Shown here one piece after another: positions 28,662-38,131 of a stretch of DNA of 64,000 nucleotides. Both the position numbers and the translations under genes were made by a program. Below the pieces are notes generated by a model, which was not told the DNA's origin, did no database searches, and was given only the letters and a program-made list of their open reading frames with translations. How positions within the stretch are numbered: the first letter of the stretch is position 1; each line of letters starts with the position of its first letter. The stretch is from Saprospiraceae bacterium (GTDB taxonomy: Bacteria > Bacteroidota > Bacteroidia > Chitinophagales > Saprospiraceae): assembly GCA_031424515.1 (NCBI GenBank), contig JANPHO010000681.1, forward strand, positions 189-64,188, written 5' to 3'.

Positions 28662-29243
28662 TTACAGTTTATCGATTATTTTTCTTCTGACTCTTGATAG
28701 TGAAGGAGGTTCAATTCCCAAATAGGAGGCTAAATACTTACTGGGCACTCTGTTGACAATATCAGAATCATTTTTCATTACAAGATTATATCTTTCTTCG
28801 GCGGATAAAGCACTGGACAATGCCAATCGTTCTTCAATATTCAAATACATTTTATGGGTAGCCAAAAGATGATAATAAGTGTAATTTGGATGATTTTTTA
28901 TCAAACTCATAAAACTCTCATAATCAATCGTAAGCAGTTCCGTATTTTCAAGGGTTTTTAAATAAAAATCGGTTGGTTTTTTATTCATAAAACTATTCAG
29001 ATCACCAACCCAACTCCCTTCCGTTAAAAAATTAATCACCCTTTCTTTATTATTGTATTTGCTGTAAAAAACCAGACACCCCTTTGACACAAAAGCTATA
29101 CAATCGCATATTTGACCTTTTTTGAAAATATATTTTTTAGCCTCTATTTTTTGAATTTTGAAAAAATTGGCTATATCATCAAATTCTGTATCTGTGATTT
29201 CTTTAGTATCGAGAATCTGCTTTTTTAATTTTAAAAATGACAT
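28662..29243 (-). CDS. Crp/Fnr family transcriptional regulator
   Basis: cNMP-binding beta-barrel region plus a C-terminal HTH (YLASYLGIEPPSLSRVRRK). 193 aa. Confidence 0.8.
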   Translation of the reverse strand: MSFLKLKKQILDTKEITDTEFDDIANFFKIQKIEAKKYIFKKGQICDCIAFVSKGCLVFYSKYNNKERVINFLTEGSWVGDLNSFMNKKPTDFYLKTLENTELLTIDYESFMSLIKNHPNYTYYHLLATHKMYLNIEERLALSSALSAEERYNLVMKNDSDIVNRVPSKYLASYLGIEPPSLSRVRRKIIDKL

Positions 29244-29495
29244 TTGTGAACTAAGTTTACTTATTTAAAGTATGTCACGAAACTACAATTATTATGTATA
29301 AAAATAAAGCCAAAAAACGCGTTTTGTCAAATTACTTAACTAATGTTAAGTGATTTGTTCTGTTTTTAATTAAAAAATCAAGTAGTATTGTATTTGCAAT
29401 GCTTTTATATGAGCTTTATGTTTAATTTAATTTTCGGATTTTTAACAAATTTAAAAGTCACTAATATATTAAATTTCAAAAAATATGAAATGAAA

Positions 29496-29531
29496 AAGAG
29501 AATAAGGCACCCTTATGAGCCTTATTCTCTT
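29496..29531. terminator. Hairpin terminator downstream of the ABC exporter gene
   Basis: AAGAGAATAAGG ... CCTTATTCTCTT 12-bp stem with a flanking T-run. Confidence 0.75.
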
Positions 29532-29564
29532 TTATTTTAAAACCTTACTATTGGTATATTACTA

Positions 29565-31385
29565 CTATGCTAAACCCTGCAGTTCCACTAATTTGTAATA
29601 CTCACCATTTTGCTGAATGAGTGCGTTGTGGGTGCCTCTTTCTATTATTTCACCGTCTTTCATCACAATGATTTCATCTGCATGTTGCACCGTTGAGAGG
29701 CGATGAGCAATGATGATGGCGGTTCTGTTTTTCATCAATTCAGTTAAGGCTTCTTGCACCAACTTTTCACTTTCAGAGTCGAGCGCAGAAGTCGCTTCGT
29801 CCAATATCAAAATTTCAGGATTCCGTAAAAGTGCCCGGGCAATGGTCATTCGTTGACGCTGACCGCCACTGAGTTTCGTACCTCTATCGCCAATATTGGT
29901 TTGATACCCCCCCTCAGTATTCACGATGAATTCATGGGCATTAGCGGATTTGGCAGCCTCAATTACCGCAGCCTCCGTCACACCTTCCAAACCAAAGACA
30001 ATATTATTATAAATAGTATCATTAAAAAGAACAGCCTCCTGCGTCACTATGCCCATGAGTGCGCGTAAGTCCTTGATTTTTAAGTCTTTAATGTTTACGC
30101 CGTCTATCAAAATAGACCCCTCAGTTACGTCATAAAAACGGGGTAATAAATCAGCAATTGTCGATTTTCCTGCTCCAGATGCCCCCACGAGAGCAATGAT
30201 TTGACCTTTTTTAATGGTCAAATTGATATTTTTTAATATCATTTTATCGTTTTCACGATAGTAAAAAGAGACATTTTTATACTCAATTTTGTCTTTAAAC
30301 GAGCTGATACTGAGGGGGGCATCGCTGTCTTTAATAATCTCTTCGGCATCCAAAATTCCGTTGATGCGGTCTATCGCGGCGCGCCCCCGTTGAAGATGAT
30401 AATAGGCACTTGAAAATGATTTCGCAGGGTCAATAACCGTAAAAAAAGCGTATAAAAAAGCGATAAAACTCGACGGCGTCAAGCTCCCATTTTCCACTTG
30501 TTTAAAACCAAACCAAACCAAAACACAGACGGTAGTAATGCCCAAAAACTCCGTTAAAGGTGAGGATAAATCCCGCCGCCGCAAGGCTTTAGTCATGGCA
30601 TTGCGGAACATATTATTTTCTAATCTAAATTTTCCAGTTTGGTATTTTTCGGCGTTAAAACCCTTGATTACACGTACACTACCGAGCGTTTCATCCAAAA
30701 CGGTCATCATATCGCCCATTTTACGCTGAGTAAGAGCGGATTCTTTTTTGAGCGTTCTGCCGATACCACCGATGATAATGGCGGTTATGAGTATTAAAAC
30801 GAGCACAAAACCCGTCAAAACGGGTGAGATATAGACCATCATCGATATTGCACCAATAATCAGCAAGGGCTCACGCACGATGGTTTCAAGGACATTCAAA
30901 ATACTCCATTCCACTTCCATAACATCGTTGGAAATGCGGCTAATCAAGTCTCCTTTGCGTTCGTCACTGAAATAACTGAGGGGTAGGCTCAACGTTTTTT
31001 CGTAGAGCTTTTGACGAATATCTCGCACTATGCCCGTGCGCAAAGGCGTCATAAAAAACAGAGCGAGGTAACGGAATAGGTTTTTTAATAAAAATAAAAA
31101 AACCAAGCTACCACAAACATAAATCAATGCTTTTTCTTTCCCAAATATTTCAATAATATGCCCTAATTGGTAGTAAAATAAATCGGTCAACGTCTTTATA
31201 TTCCATTGAAAATCAGGCTTTTGTGTGGGTGGAATGGATTGACCTAAAAGGATTTGGAGAAACGGAATCAACATCGGGATACTCACAATATTGAAAAAAA
31301 CCATGAGGATATTGCACACTACATTGAGCGTGATATAGCCTTTATAGTTTTTGGCATATTGTAATATTTGAAAAAGAGATTGCAT
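29565..31385 (-). CDS. ABC transporter permease/ATPase, MsbA-like exporter
   Basis: 6-TM N-terminal domain, Walker A GASGAGKST, signature LSGGQRQR, Walker B ILILDEATSALD. Confidence 0.85.
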   Translation of the reverse strand: MQSLFQILQYAKNYKGYITLNVVCNILMVFFNIVSIPMLIPFLQILLGQSIPPTQKPDFQWNIKTLTDLFYYQLGHIIEIFGKEKALIYVCGSLVFLFLLKNLFRYLALFFMTPLRTGIVRDIRQKLYEKTLSLPLSYFSDERKGDLISRISNDVMEVEWSILNVLETIVREPLLIIGAISMMVYISPVLTGFVLVLILITAIIIGGIGRTLKKESALTQRKMGDMMTVLDETLGSVRVIKGFNAEKYQTGKFRLENNMFRNAMTKALRRRDLSSPLTEFLGITTVCVLVWFGFKQVENGSLTPSSFIAFLYAFFTVIDPAKSFSSAYYHLQRGRAAIDRINGILDAEEIIKDSDAPLSISSFKDKIEYKNVSFYYRENDKMILKNINLTIKKGQIIALVGASGAGKSTIADLLPRFYDVTEGSILIDGVNIKDLKIKDLRALMGIVTQEAVLFNDTIYNNIVFGLEGVTEAAVIEAAKSANAHEFIVNTEGGYQTNIGDRGTKLSGGQRQRMTIARALLRNPEILILDEATSALDSESEKLVQEALTELMKNRTAIIIAHRLSTVQHADEIIVMKDGEIIERGTHNALIQQNGEYYKLVELQGLA

Positions 31386-31523
31386 ATAAGTTATTGATAA
31401 TCAGTATTATAAAGTTTATGATGCCTAAGGAGTAGCAATTTTGTATATGGAAAATTTTTGACGCACCCCTCAGTACTTTGAGCATATTTTAAGCAAAAAT
31501 GCGTAAAATCGAAGCATAACTTC

Positions 31524-31544
31524 CCAAAAGTTTCAAACTTTTGG
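31524..31544. terminator. Short hairpin terminator
   Basis: CCAAAAGTTT-C-AAACTTTTGG immediately downstream of the 31551 stop. Confidence 0.6.
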
Positions 31545-31550
31545 AAAGTT

Positions 31551-32885
31551 TTATGCCATATGTGGACTTGCTGTCTTAGGTAGCTTTTTTTTCATCGTAT
31601 TTAAAAAATAAGGCTTACATAAATATAAAGGCACGATGAGCAGCATAGTACCCCATGTAATAAGTTTGAAATATTGACCATACTTATACAATTCACGCCC
31701 GATAATGCCATCCGTGGAGCCTGTTGTCAAAAGCCAGACAATCGTAAAAAGAGCAATAGTAGTGTAAAAAAGCCTTTTATTTTCTAAGTAGAACCCTGTT
31801 TTTTTCATCATCATTAAGCTGAATAAAACGTAGGCACAAGCGGGTAAAATCAAAATAAAAGCGTATTTCTGTTGATGTGGGAATATCAACGACATGGCTA
31901 TCATTAAGTAACTGACCTCCCAAAACAGCCTTTTTTTCTCATTTATGGCTATAAATGGCTTGGTTTTTAAAAATAAAAGCGTTAATCCTATGAAAAATAG
32001 ACGGGCTGAATTAAGCACCATTACCATTGTCGAGTTATCCAAATCCACAAAATGCCGATTCATTTCGTAACGGGTCACGTCATTGGTAAAAAAAGCGGGA
32101 ATAAAACCCGATAGGCTGTGAATACTTTCAGCTATGACATTCTGTTTTATCGTAAAATCATCATTGGCGGGGTTTAATACGATTGTCCACTCTTTTAACA
32201 TCAATAAATAGTCATTCCAAGTGTACAATACTGAGGGGGTGATTAAAAACAGTAAAATAAACCCCAAAGTCGCTAAACCCGCTTGCCAATATCGCCGCCA
32301 GAATAAATAAGGCAACATCACTAAAGGCATTAATTTGATGGTAATCACGGTTGCTAAAAGCGCACCTGCCCAAGCCCATTGCCGTTTTATGGCAAATCGC
32401 AAAGATTCTAATGAGCCGTACAACATGATAATAGTCGCTTGACTCAAATCAAAATTGTATAAAATAAAACGGGTGGAAAATAAAAGCGTCCCAAATACCC
32501 ACCAACGGTATTCTTTCCTTGTGAAGCTTTTTTTAATATCTAAAAAAACGATGATTAAATCAAAAATTCTGAAAAGGATGACCATATTAATCATGAGCCA
32601 CAATGCATCCGCTACTTTTAATGGCAACCATGAAAAAGGCATTAAAATGAAAGCGAAAAAAGGGGAGTAACTGTATTCGCACCATTCATCGCTACTCGGA
32701 TTGACGAGGTAAGGCACATGATAAATCATTTTACCAGCACTCAATGCCTTAGACGCACCCCAATAAACGGCAAAATCACCCGCACCCAATACCAGCACCC
32801 GAATGAAGTAAACCAATACCAACACCACTAAAAGCCAACGGACTTTTGAAAATTTATGGAGTATTTTTGAAAATGATGCAGCCAT
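31551..32885 (-). CDS. DUF2029/GT87-like integral membrane glycosyltransferase
   Basis: About 11 TM helices and an N-terminal GDFAVYWGASKAL motif typical of DUF2029. Confidence 0.5.
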   Translation of the reverse strand: MAASFSKILHKFSKVRWLLVVLVLVYFIRVLVLGAGDFAVYWGASKALSAGKMIYHVPYLVNPSSDEWCEYSYSPFFAFILMPFSWLPLKVADALWLMINMVILFRIFDLIIVFLDIKKSFTRKEYRWWVFGTLLFSTRFILYNFDLSQATIIMLYGSLESLRFAIKRQWAWAGALLATVITIKLMPLVMLPYLFWRRYWQAGLATLGFILLFLITPSVLYTWNDYLLMLKEWTIVLNPANDDFTIKQNVIAESIHSLSGFIPAFFTNDVTRYEMNRHFVDLDNSTMVMVLNSARLFFIGLTLLFLKTKPFIAINEKKRLFWEVSYLMIAMSLIFPHQQKYAFILILPACAYVLFSLMMMKKTGFYLENKRLFYTTIALFTIVWLLTTGSTDGIIGRELYKYGQYFKLITWGTMLLIVPLYLCKPYFLNTMKKKLPKTASPHMA

Positions 32886-32976
32886 TAATAGATATTTGCA
32901 GGAAATAGCTGCAAAAGTATAATTTTTTCTCGACTAAGCACGGTTTACACGAATTACCCTAATTTTACATCCAAAA

Positions 32977-33855
32977 ATGACAGTTGCTGGTTTTACATTT
33001 ATTCGGAATGCCATAAAGTTTGATTATCCCGTGGTGGAAGCTATCAAATCAATATTGCCTTTGTGCGATTATGTGGTGGTGGCGGTAGGCAATTCCGAGG
33101 ATGATACCTTGAATCTGGTTAAAAACATCGACCCTCACAAAATTCGCATCATCGAAACCATTTGGGATGATAGCTTGCGAGAGGGTGGGGAGGTCTTAGC
33201 CATCGAAACCAACAAGGCTTTTGATGCCATTTCTCAAGATGCTGATTGGTGTTTTTATATCCAAGGTGATGAGGTTTTGCATGAAATGTACCATCCAGAG
33301 ATAAAAAATGCCCTTGAAAAGTGGAAAATTGACCCTGATACTGAGGGGTTACTTTTTAAATACCGTCATTTTTATGGCTCTTATGACTATATCGGAACGG
33401 CGAGAGGATGGTATCGGCACGAAATTCGTATTATAAAAAATGATAAAGCTATTCGCTCTTACCGAGATGCGCAAGGTTTTAGAAAAAACAATAAAAAATT
33501 GAAAGTACGTCTTTTAAATGCCTTTATGCACCACTACGGATGGGTACGCCCGCCTGAGAAACAGCAGCTTAAACAATTGAATTTCAATCGTTTATGGCAT
33601 ACTGATGCTGAAATTCGAGATAAAATACCTGAAGTAGATGAATTTGATTACAGCAATACGGATGCCGTGGATTTGTTCAACGGCACACATCCCGCAGTCA
33701 TGCAAGAGCGTATTAATCAATTGAATTGGACATTTTCGTTTGACCCGACACAGCGTCCCCTGCCTTTTAAAGAAAAAATATCACGTTTTATTGAAAAATG
33801 GACGGGGCGACGAATCGGTGAGTATAAAAATTACGTTAATATTGGAGATGCTTAG
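32977..33855 (+). CDS. Glycosyltransferase family 2-like protein
   Basis: N-terminal FTFIRNAIKFDYPVVEAI...VVAVGNSEDDT pattern seen in Bacteroidota GT2-annotated proteins. Divergent from the GT87-like gene. Confidence 0.55.
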   Translation: MTVAGFTFIRNAIKFDYPVVEAIKSILPLCDYVVVAVGNSEDDTLNLVKNIDPHKIRIIETIWDDSLREGGEVLAIETNKAFDAISQDADWCFYIQGDEVLHEMYHPEIKNALEKWKIDPDTEGLLFKYRHFYGSYDYIGTARGWYRHEIRIIKNDKAIRSYRDAQGFRKNNKKLKVRLLNAFMHHYGWVRPPEKQQLKQLNFNRLWHTDAEIRDKIPEVDEFDYSNTDAVDLFNGTHPAVMQERINQLNWTFSFDPTQRPLPFKEKISRFIEKWTGRRIGEYKNYVNIGDA

Positions 33856-33896
33856 ATTCCCTACTTGACTCAAAACACAAACGTTACGAAATTTAA

Positions 33897-34973
33897 ATGT
33901 ATCTCATGAAACCATTAATAAGTCTTTTATATATTTTATTTGCCACTTTTTCACCCCTTTCTGCCCAAAACGGGATTGAACTCAAAAAGGAAATTGAAAA
34001 AGCCATGGTGTATGATTTGGTCATTGACACAGCGAAAATGACATGCTGGGTTATTGGCTGCATTGATCATGACTCGACATGGGTATTTGGATATGGACGG
34101 ACATCAAAACTCACTAAAACGGCTCCCGATGGCAATACTATTTTTGAAATTGGCGGCGTCACCAAAGCATTTACGTCCACGGTGGCTCAAATGATGGTGG
34201 AGCAAAAGATTTTGAATCAGGATTCTTCAATCAATCATTATCTCAAGTCTGCACAGCAATTTCCTTTAGGCAATACCCTTACTTTACTCCAATTAATGAC
34301 CCATACAAGTGGATTGCCCAAGCTGCCCGAAGCTTTTGGCATGGATGAAAAGGATAAAAATCAGCCTTATGCGTCTTATACTGAGGGGATGCTCTTTGAT
34401 TATTTAAAATCCGTGGATACAGCTGATTTGAGAATCGGGAAATACAATTATTCGCATATCAATCATGCCATTATTGAAAAAATAATAGCCAATAAGGGCG
34501 GTGAAAATAGTTTAAATAACATAGAAAAACGGTTTGACGATACGTCTTCTATATTCATTCAAGGCTATAACCCCGCGCAATTACCCGTTGCCAATTGGCG
34601 ATTCAATGAAACTTTTAAATATTCAGTAGGTATCAAAGCCACTATGAACGAATTATTGGATTTTATGAAACTCCAATTAGGCATAAAAGACACTTTTTTA
34701 TTTAAAATACTGAGGGGTACGCAAGAGCCACTTTTCAAAACGGATATTGATAAAAATACGTCGGTGGGTAAATCATGGCATATTTTAAAATATAAGAAAA
34801 AAATCATGATTTGCCTACAATCAGGCTCTACCAACGGGCAATCCACGTTCATTGCCTTCATTCCCGAAACCAAAACGGGCGTTGTGGTTATGGCTAATAC
34901 CCGCCTTGTGCAAGCCCCGCTGGGTATGCTCGTTTTAAAAATTCTGAACTATAATTGGCGGCGCGATGAGTAG
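33897..34973 (+). CDS. Beta-lactamase-fold (class C-like) protein lacking the nucleophile serine
   Basis: Signal peptide. FEIGGVTKAFT occupies the position where the family has S-x-x-K (GGC Gly codon at the Ser position). The rest has the serine hydrolase layout. Confidence 0.65.
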   Translation: MYLMKPLISLLYILFATFSPLSAQNGIELKKEIEKAMVYDLVIDTAKMTCWVIGCIDHDSTWVFGYGRTSKLTKTAPDGNTIFEIGGVTKAFTSTVAQMMVEQKILNQDSSINHYLKSAQQFPLGNTLTLLQLMTHTSGLPKLPEAFGMDEKDKNQPYASYTEGMLFDYLKSVDTADLRIGKYNYSHINHAIIEKIIANKGGENSLNNIEKRFDDTSSIFIQGYNPAQLPVANWRFNETFKYSVGIKATMNELLDFMKLQLGIKDTFLFKILRGTQEPLFKTDIDKNTSVGKSWHILKYKKKIMICLQSGSTNGQSTFIAFIPETKTGVVVMANTRLVQAPLGMLVLKILNYNWRRDE

Positions 34974-35103
34974 ATTTTAATTAAAAATGAGAAATGGATA
35001 ATTGAAAATTATTATAATTGTTAAAAAAGCGAGTTTTATACCACAAGAGTATGAAACTCGTTTTGTTTTAAATCTATTTCCAACTTATAAAAACATCTCA
35101 TCC

Positions 35104-36005
35104 ATGACATTCAAGCCCGCCTACTGGCATTTTATCTACATTTCAGCCCTCGTTTTACTTGGTTTTCAATATTATTCTAAGGCTACGCTTCTGAATAGGA
35201 CTTGTGAGTCTTTGAGTGGTATCAATCAGCAGTTACAAGATGATGCTGAGATAATAAGTACGTCTGCAGAAAGTATGAAATATGAAATTCGTAAAAAAAA
35301 GAGAGTAATCCTAAAAGATATCGTAGCTATTATTTAAAATCAGAGACAGCAGATACAGTTGTTAAGAATGCACTTGCGTACTTAAAGGAATGTAAAAATC
35401 AATTTAAAGCAACATCTTCTTTGGATAAAAATAAAATTCAAGAAATAAAGCAACATTTATCTAATTCGATGAATGCGTTAACTAATGTTGATGATTCAGT
35501 ACATAAAGGAGCAATCATTAAAAAGGGTCATTTAAAAATTTTTTTGGAAAATGAATCGTATTGGAAAAGGTTTATTAATCTCCCCTATGAAACTATTTTA
35601 ACAGAGTTTTTTAAAATTGAAAATATATTGTTGAATGATGAAAATATTTTTTTGAATTACACATTGGAGCGAGTTAGTCAAGAGATAGATTTAATATTCG
35701 ATAAATATAAAGTTGCTGTTGCACCTAAAAAAGCTGCTTTAATTGAAGGAGAATATTTTGAAAGCGATATTTATATTACTAAATATTCCTCTAATCCTAT
35801 GGAAATGTCAATTAGAGTTAATGGTATTGATTTGCCTTTAAAAGATGGAGTGGCTCATTATAAAAGTAAATTTCAATCTACGGGTAAAAAGAGTATTGAG
35901 GCAGTTGCTTCGATAAGAAACCTAATGACTGGTGAACATATTACAACAAAAGGTGAATTTGAATACGAAGTCCTACCTAAATGCAGTCGTGATTGTCAAC
36001 AGTAA
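35104..36005 (+). pseudogene. GldM/PorM-like paralog 1, split by a frameshift at the A8 tract (35293-35300)
   Basis: The N-terminal part (35104-35337) and the C-terminal part (open from 35295 to 36005) each align with paralogs 2 and 3. One extra A, or a -1 slip on A AAA AAG (35295-35301), restores a protein of about 300 aa. Confidence 0.7.
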
Positions 36006-36056
36006 TACCCCTCAGTATAAAACCATTTTTACTCAAAATTTCAAACCCACTTTAAC

Positions 36057-37013
36057 ATGAAATCTATTTCAAAGCATTTAATTTATATTCCAATTATTGC
36101 CTTTTTGGGGTTTCAATATTGGTCAAACAATTCTCTTTTGGAGAGGACTAGTGCGTCTTTGGGTGGTATCAATCAGCAATTTGAATTTGACGGTGAAATT
36201 ATACGGAGTTCGAATGAAATTTTAAAAGCCGAAATTGATAAAATGACTCAAGTAAATCCTAAAAGATATGAAAAGTACCAATCAAATGCAGATGGCTTGA
36301 TATGGCATACAAAAGAAGCAAGCAAACTACTGATTGAATTGAAAAAACAGTTTGTGGATTATTGCGGTGGTTGGGATACTGTGACTCATTGCCTAAAACA
36401 AGCCACAAATAGTTCGAAATCAGTTGATTTTTTCACTGATGACAGAAAAAATCAGATTAAAAATCAATTATCAACTATTTTAAATAGACTCTATATCGTT
36501 GATGAGTATGATAAGGAACTTGTTTTTAAGCACTATTCTGTGTCGAAGATTTTATACAATCAAAAATATTGGTCAGACCTCTCATCACTTACTCCGATGA
36601 GTGCTTTGACGGAGCTTTCAATGTTACAAAACCTCATAAAGTGCGACGAAACTGTTTATCTCAATTATGTATTGGATAAAGTTAGTCATGTTGATGTTAG
36701 ATTTGATGACTACAAAGTCGCTATTGCACCTCGAAAAGCGGTATTGATAGAGGGTGAAAGTTTTGAAAGTGATATTTATTTAACCCAATATGCCCGAACT
36801 TTACCAGAAGGGAGCACTATATCAGTGAATGGTGCTACTATCCCAATCGTGGATGGCATAGCACATTATAAAAGTCAACCTAATACAACTGGGAAGAAAG
36901 AGACTATTGCAACGATTACTATTAAGAATTCCGCAACTGGCGAAGCCAAGAGTTATATTGGTGGGTTTGAATATAACGTTCTGCCTAAATGTAGCCGTGA
37001 TTGTCAACAATAA
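36057..37013 (+). CDS. GldM/PorM-like paralog 2 (TM, GldM_N-like region, one Ig-like domain), LPKCSRDCQQ tail
   Basis: N-terminal TM with GFQYWS. LTPMSALTELSMLQNLIKCDETVYLNYVLDKV and FDDYKVAIAPRKAVLIEGESFESDIYL resemble the GldM core (FP..A....L...Q.D....E.. ; ...G....V.L). Confidence 0.45.
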   Translation: MKSISKHLIYIPIIAFLGFQYWSNNSLLERTSASLGGINQQFEFDGEIIRSSNEILKAEIDKMTQVNPKRYEKYQSNADGLIWHTKEASKLLIELKKQFVDYCGGWDTVTHCLKQATNSSKSVDFFTDDRKNQIKNQLSTILNRLYIVDEYDKELVFKHYSVSKILYNQKYWSDLSSLTPMSALTELSMLQNLIKCDETVYLNYVLDKVSHVDVRFDDYKVAIAPRKAVLIEGESFESDIYLTQYARTLPEGSTISVNGATIPIVDGIAHYKSQPNTTGKKETIATITIKNSATGEAKSYIGGFEYNVLPKCSRDCQQ

Positions 37014-37037
37014 AAACCTCTATTCACTTCAATTTTA

Positions 37038-38009
37038 ATGAAAATGAAACCCATTTATCAGCACAGTATTTATCTTTCAATTATACTTATTTTAGGATTT
37101 CAATATTGGTCAAAATTGCCCGTATTCGAAGCAACTCGTCTTTCATTTGGTCGCATTGATAAGCAATTGGAGGAAGATGGAAAGATGTTAATCTCGAATT
37201 GTGATACTTTTAAAAGTTTATTAGAATGGGTCAGTAATACGAACCCCAGTAAATATGCTGTTTATTCAAAAGAAGCCAATAGAACTGATAGTATTTGCTC
37301 TCTTGGCTATCAATATTTGGAAGTTTGCAAGTACGAATTTTTAAAACAGTGTAGCAAAGATAGTAGTATTGACATTTTAAAAATGCCTTCATCCAATTCT
37401 AAAACAGCAATATATTTCAATAATGATAAAATTAAAGAAATTAAAAATCAACTATTCAACGTGAAAAATGCCCTCTCTGATAATATTACAGATTCACTTG
37501 ACAGAGAACAACTGAAAAGGGTCTATAATTTATCTGATTTATTAAAAATTGAAAGTTATTGGGAGTACTTAAAATCTTTAGCCCCTATAAATGCATACAC
37601 AGAATTGACTAAAATTCAGAATTTCATTCTCAATGATGAAACTGCTTTTTTAAACTATTATGTTGATAAGATTGGTTGTTGCAGAGGCTGCTCTTTTTAT
37701 CCCCACTATTATAGAGCGAGCATTATCCCCACACGATTACCTATAATTGAAGGCGAATCTTTTGAAAGTGATATATACTTATCAAAATTGTTAAAAGACC
37801 CTTTAGTCTGTACATTTGAGGTAGATGGGAAACAAATGCCTGTAAAAAATGGAGTGGCTCATTTCGTAAGCATGCCTCAAACCATTGGTAAAAAGTCCAA
37901 TAAAATAACCGTAACGATGAAAAATCCTAAAAATGATAGTTTAATGACTTTAAATCGTGAATACGAATACGAAGTCCTACCCAAATGCAGCCGTGATTGT
38001 CAACAGTGA
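37038..38009 (+). CDS. GldM/PorM-like paralog 3, LPKCSRDCQQ tail
   Basis: Same architecture as paralog 2. The last 45 nt or so and the downstream CCCCTCAGTA are nearly identical to paralog 1. Confidence 0.45.
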   Translation: MKMKPIYQHSIYLSIILILGFQYWSKLPVFEATRLSFGRIDKQLEEDGKMLISNCDTFKSLLEWVSNTNPSKYAVYSKEANRTDSICSLGYQYLEVCKYEFLKQCSKDSSIDILKMPSSNSKTAIYFNNDKIKEIKNQLFNVKNALSDNITDSLDREQLKRVYNLSDLLKIESYWEYLKSLAPINAYTELTKIQNFILNDETAFLNYYVDKIGCCRGCSFYPHYYRASIIPTRLPIIEGESFESDIYLSKLLKDPLVCTFEVDGKQMPVKNGVAHFVSMPQTIGKKSNKITVTMKNPKNDSLMTLNREYEYEVLPKCSRDCQQ

Positions 38010-38131
38010 TACCCCTCAGTATTTTTTATATTTTTATTAAAAAGCACTAAATAATGCCCGCTCGTGGTTTAACTTTGCATACTTTTTACCAATTAATTCG
38101 GGCATTTTTAATAAAAAACTAAAAAATAAGT

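Noticed and set aside
28288-28725. ORFs 28288-28539 (-) and 28501-28725 (+) in the spacer upstream of the MFS gene
   Set aside because: The region is AT-rich. The ORFs overlap each other and the Crp gene end, with implausible composition and no motifs. I only note local hairpins there (28332-28360).
35002-35103. TTG-initiated N-terminal extension of GldM-like paralog 1
   Set aside because: Paralogs 2 and 3 start right before the TM helix. The ATG at 35104 gives the equivalent start, and the extension has no counterpart.
38022-38131. Lysine riboswitch upstream of lysA
   Set aside because: The spacer is only about 110 nt, very AT-rich, and shows a single long-loop hairpin (38053-38106) rather than the multi-stem L-box architecture.
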